From positions 7,098,171 through 7,162,170 of the forward strand of contig CAVNZM010000009.1 of the NCBI GenBank assembly GCA_963693365.1: a stretch of DNA of 64,000 nt, in the 5' to 3' direction. A model generated the notes under the pieces. That model did no database searches. It worked only from the letters and a program-made list of their open reading frames with translations, and was not told where the DNA came from. Shown here one piece after another: positions 61,810 through 64,000 of the stretch. Source of the DNA: Amoebidium appalachense (Eukaryota > Protista > Ichthyosporea). A program made the position numbers and the translations under genes. Positions within the stretch are counted from its first letter, which is position 1, and each line of letters starts with the position of its first letter.

Positions 61810-62252
61810 TCCCCACTTAAGACTTTGAAGTTTGTGTTATCATATCCCCACTGAACTAGTGAAATCTCCCCACTTGAGAACAGAAACGGAAAAAAAAAAT
61901 TAAAGTTTGGACTTTTCCGGGGGGGGGGGGGGGGGGGGGGGAGAAAAGGGGGGGGAAAGGGGGGGGGGGGGAGGGGGGGGGGAAGGGGGGAAGGGGGGGG
62001 GGAAGGGGGGGAAGGGGGGGGGGGGAGGGGGGGGAGGAACCGGGGCAAAAACAACATATATATATAACGTGTATAGTCGGGGTTTGTTTAATTGGGTTTG
62101 AAACCAGTGAAAGATAGAGTAGAGTGATGGTACAGGTCAAACCTTATTTATAAACCCTAAGTGGGCATACCCACAAAGGCAATACATATGAAATAATGAT
62201 GATGATAAAGTAAGTAGTAAACATGAGAAAATCACTCTTGAAGTAGGTCGGG

Positions 62253-64000
62253 TCAATCCACAATATTCGGTAAACAAAGTCGAGCACGATGGTGGACATG
62301 ACTCGGGCCGGGGAGGGGTTTGGTGAGGATGTCAGCTAAGTTGTGGGCTGACTCAACGTAGTGGACAACCACGTCCCCACTGGCAATGTAGTCCTTGGTG
62401 TTGTGATACCGGACGGCAATGTGTTTGGTACGGTGCTTGATGCCGGTGGAGTTGACGATGGCAATGGTCGACTGGTTGTCACAGTACACCGGAGTCGGAG
62501 CAAGCATGGGACAGCCGAGTTCCTTGAAGAGGTCACGGACCCAAGCAACTTCTTGGGTGCCAGCATTGAGAGCAATCAGCTCAGCTTCAGTGGTGCCGGT
62601 GGCCGTGATGGGCTGGAGCTTGGAGTACCAGATGATGGGCATACCAGCAAACTCGATAATGTAGCCGGTGGTAGACTTCTTGCTGTCGGCACAACCAGCA
62701 AAGTCAGCATCCGTGTAGCATTCGAGTATGGGGGACTGGGTGGCCGAGTACTTGTAGTCAATGCCAAGGTCAATGGTGCCGAGCAGGTACCGGGCCACAC
62801 GACGGAGAAGGTCCCAGTGAGACTTGCCGGGGTTGGTGCTGAACCGACCAAGGAAGCCGATGGCATAGGCAATGTCGGGACGTGTGCACCGTGCCACCCA
62901 GAGGAGACGGCCGAGTAACTCACGGTAGGGCACGGTGAACGGTTGGGGGGGGCAGTCAGCCAGGGAGACTGTGGTGCCTGCAGGGATGGGGGTAGACTTG
63001 GACTTGGCATCGGTGAGGTTGAAGTCGTGGATGATATCCATGATGTAAGACCTCTGGTGCATGTGGAGGTGATGGGGATCAGAGTGATTAAAATCAACAC
63101 CGAGCATACGGTCAAATGGACTCATACGACAGCTGGCCATCTTGCTGATGTGGGCAGCCAGGTCACTGGCAGCAGTAGAACCCCGGGTGTTGGTGATGGT
63201 GGAGTCGTCGACGTAGTTACCAGCCCGAACCACATCGTTGTTGGGGAAGAACCGGAGGTAGATGCACGGGTCGGTCTTAGGACGGGTCAGGCCATGGGCA
63301 AGAAGAATGCCGTCGAGGAAGTCGTACCAAGCCTTGGAGGCTTGCTTGAGGCCGTAAAGGGCTTTCTTGAGTCTCCAGACCTTGCCAAGTGTGGCCATGG
63401 TGATGAATCCCGGGGGTTGTTTCATGTAGATGGCCTCGGTGAGTGGGCTGTTGAGAAAGGCCGTAGACACGCCGAGTTGATGGATGTCATGACCTTCAAC
63501 AACGGCCAGAGCTAGGATGGCACGGAGAGCAGCCGGACGGATGACAGGACTCTCAATCAACTCATAGTCAACACCGTATTGCTGACTGAAGCCTTGAGCA
63601 ACACCACGTGCCTTGATCTTGGTGTCACCAGCCGAGTTGAGAGTTTTCTCGGAGACAATCCACTTGAAGCCGACGATGTTAGCACCAGGGGGAGGGTCAA
63701 CAAGTTCAAAGATGTCTTTGTCGACGAAGGCTTGATATTCAGCAGTCAGGGCTGACTTGGCCTGGTCACCATTGGGTCCGGAACACAGTTGACGGACAAG
63801 TTTGGGTAGTTGGTCGATGTTGATGGGGGGACCGGGGGGGACGGGGAGGGTGGTGGTGGCTTGAAGTCCAACCTTGCCCTGTAGACGGGCAGAACGACGG
63901 GGTGCAGGGACCGGGGGAGGTGGAGACGGTGGGGGGGGAACTTGGAAGTTCGGAAGTGCAGGGGGGGCAACCTCCGGGCTGGACGGGGCCGAGTGGAAGT
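62253..64000 (-). CDS. Copia pol polyprotein C-terminus (reverse transcriptase plus RNase H), partial
   Basis: The frame is open upstream of the listed ORF towards the window end: FKW..KARGVAQGFSQQYGVDY, IYMKQPPGF, LKKALYGLKQA, YVDD, TRPDIAYA, YTDADFAG, TEAE, CDNQS, RTKHI, LADILTKPL. Confidence 0.95.
   Translation of the reverse strand, partial: FHSAPSSPEVAPPALPNFQVPPPPSPPPPVPAPRRSARLQGKVGLQATTTLPVPPGPPINIDQLPKLVRQLCSGPNGDQAKSALTAEYQAFVDKDIFELVDPPPGANIVGFKWIVSEKTLNSAGDTKIKARGVAQGFSQQYGVDYELIESPVIRPAALRAILALAVVEGHDIHQLGVSTAFLNSPLTEAIYMKQPPGFITMATLGKVWRLKKALYGLKQASKAWYDFLDGILLAHGLTRPKTDPCIYLRFFPNNDVVRAGNYVDDSTITNTRGSTAASDLAAHISKMASCRMSPFDRMLGVDFNHSDPHHLHMHQRSYIMDIIHDFNLTDAKSKSTPIPAGTTVSLADCPPQPFTVPYRELLGRLLWVARCTRPDIAYAIGFLGRFSTNPGKSHWDLLRRVARYLLGTIDLGIDYKYSATQSPILECYTDADFAGCADSKKSTTGYIIEFAGMPIIWYSKLQPITATGTTEAELIALNAGTQEVAWVRDLFKELGCPMLAPTPVYCDNQSTIAIVNSTGIKHRTKHIAVRYHNTKDYIASGDVVVHYVESAHNLADILTKPLPGPSHVHHRARLCLPNIVD

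Larger units (their letters stand above)
60876..64000 (-). mobile_element. Ty1/copia LTR retrotransposon, 3' part (truncated by window end)
   Basis: pol RT-RNaseH ORF, polypurine tract AAGTGGGGA at 61810-61818, and an LTR starting TGTTA at 61809. Confidence 0.92.

Noticed and set aside
62361-63515. Plus-strand ORFs of 185 and 190 aa
   Set aside because: They are antisense shadows of copia pol.

Overview
Eukaryotic genomic DNA with many introns packed with (CA/TG)n, (GA)n and pure poly-G/C tracts. Nearly all ORFs in the supplied track are translated microsatellites. The animal-like VPS35 sequence, its exon structure and a U12-type intron suggest a unicellular holozoan such as an ichthyosporean (inference only). 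Genes reconstructed by hand: VPS35 (minus, 21 coding exons, about 793 aa, one U12 and one GC-AG intron); divergent COX4 (plus, 4 coding exons); a secreted sphingomyelinase-C-like EEP gene with one frameshift; an RDH/WWOX-like SDR (10 exons); two frameshifted KCTD-type BTB plus probable beta-propeller paralogues; a 60-aa secreted prepropeptide ORF; and the 3' part of a Ty1/copia element. Most unusual signals: (1) a roughly 240-nt dispersed repeat whose diverged copies keep a covarying, G-U-containing, pseudoknot-like fold and whose 3' end usually abuts a poly-C/G tract; (2) BTB cores 97% identical at DNA level attached to very divergent C-termini; (3) repeated local duplications centred on splice junctions; (4) a tandem array of hairpin units ending in cUUCGg tetraloops. 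All coordinates were counted by eye and should be verified computationally.
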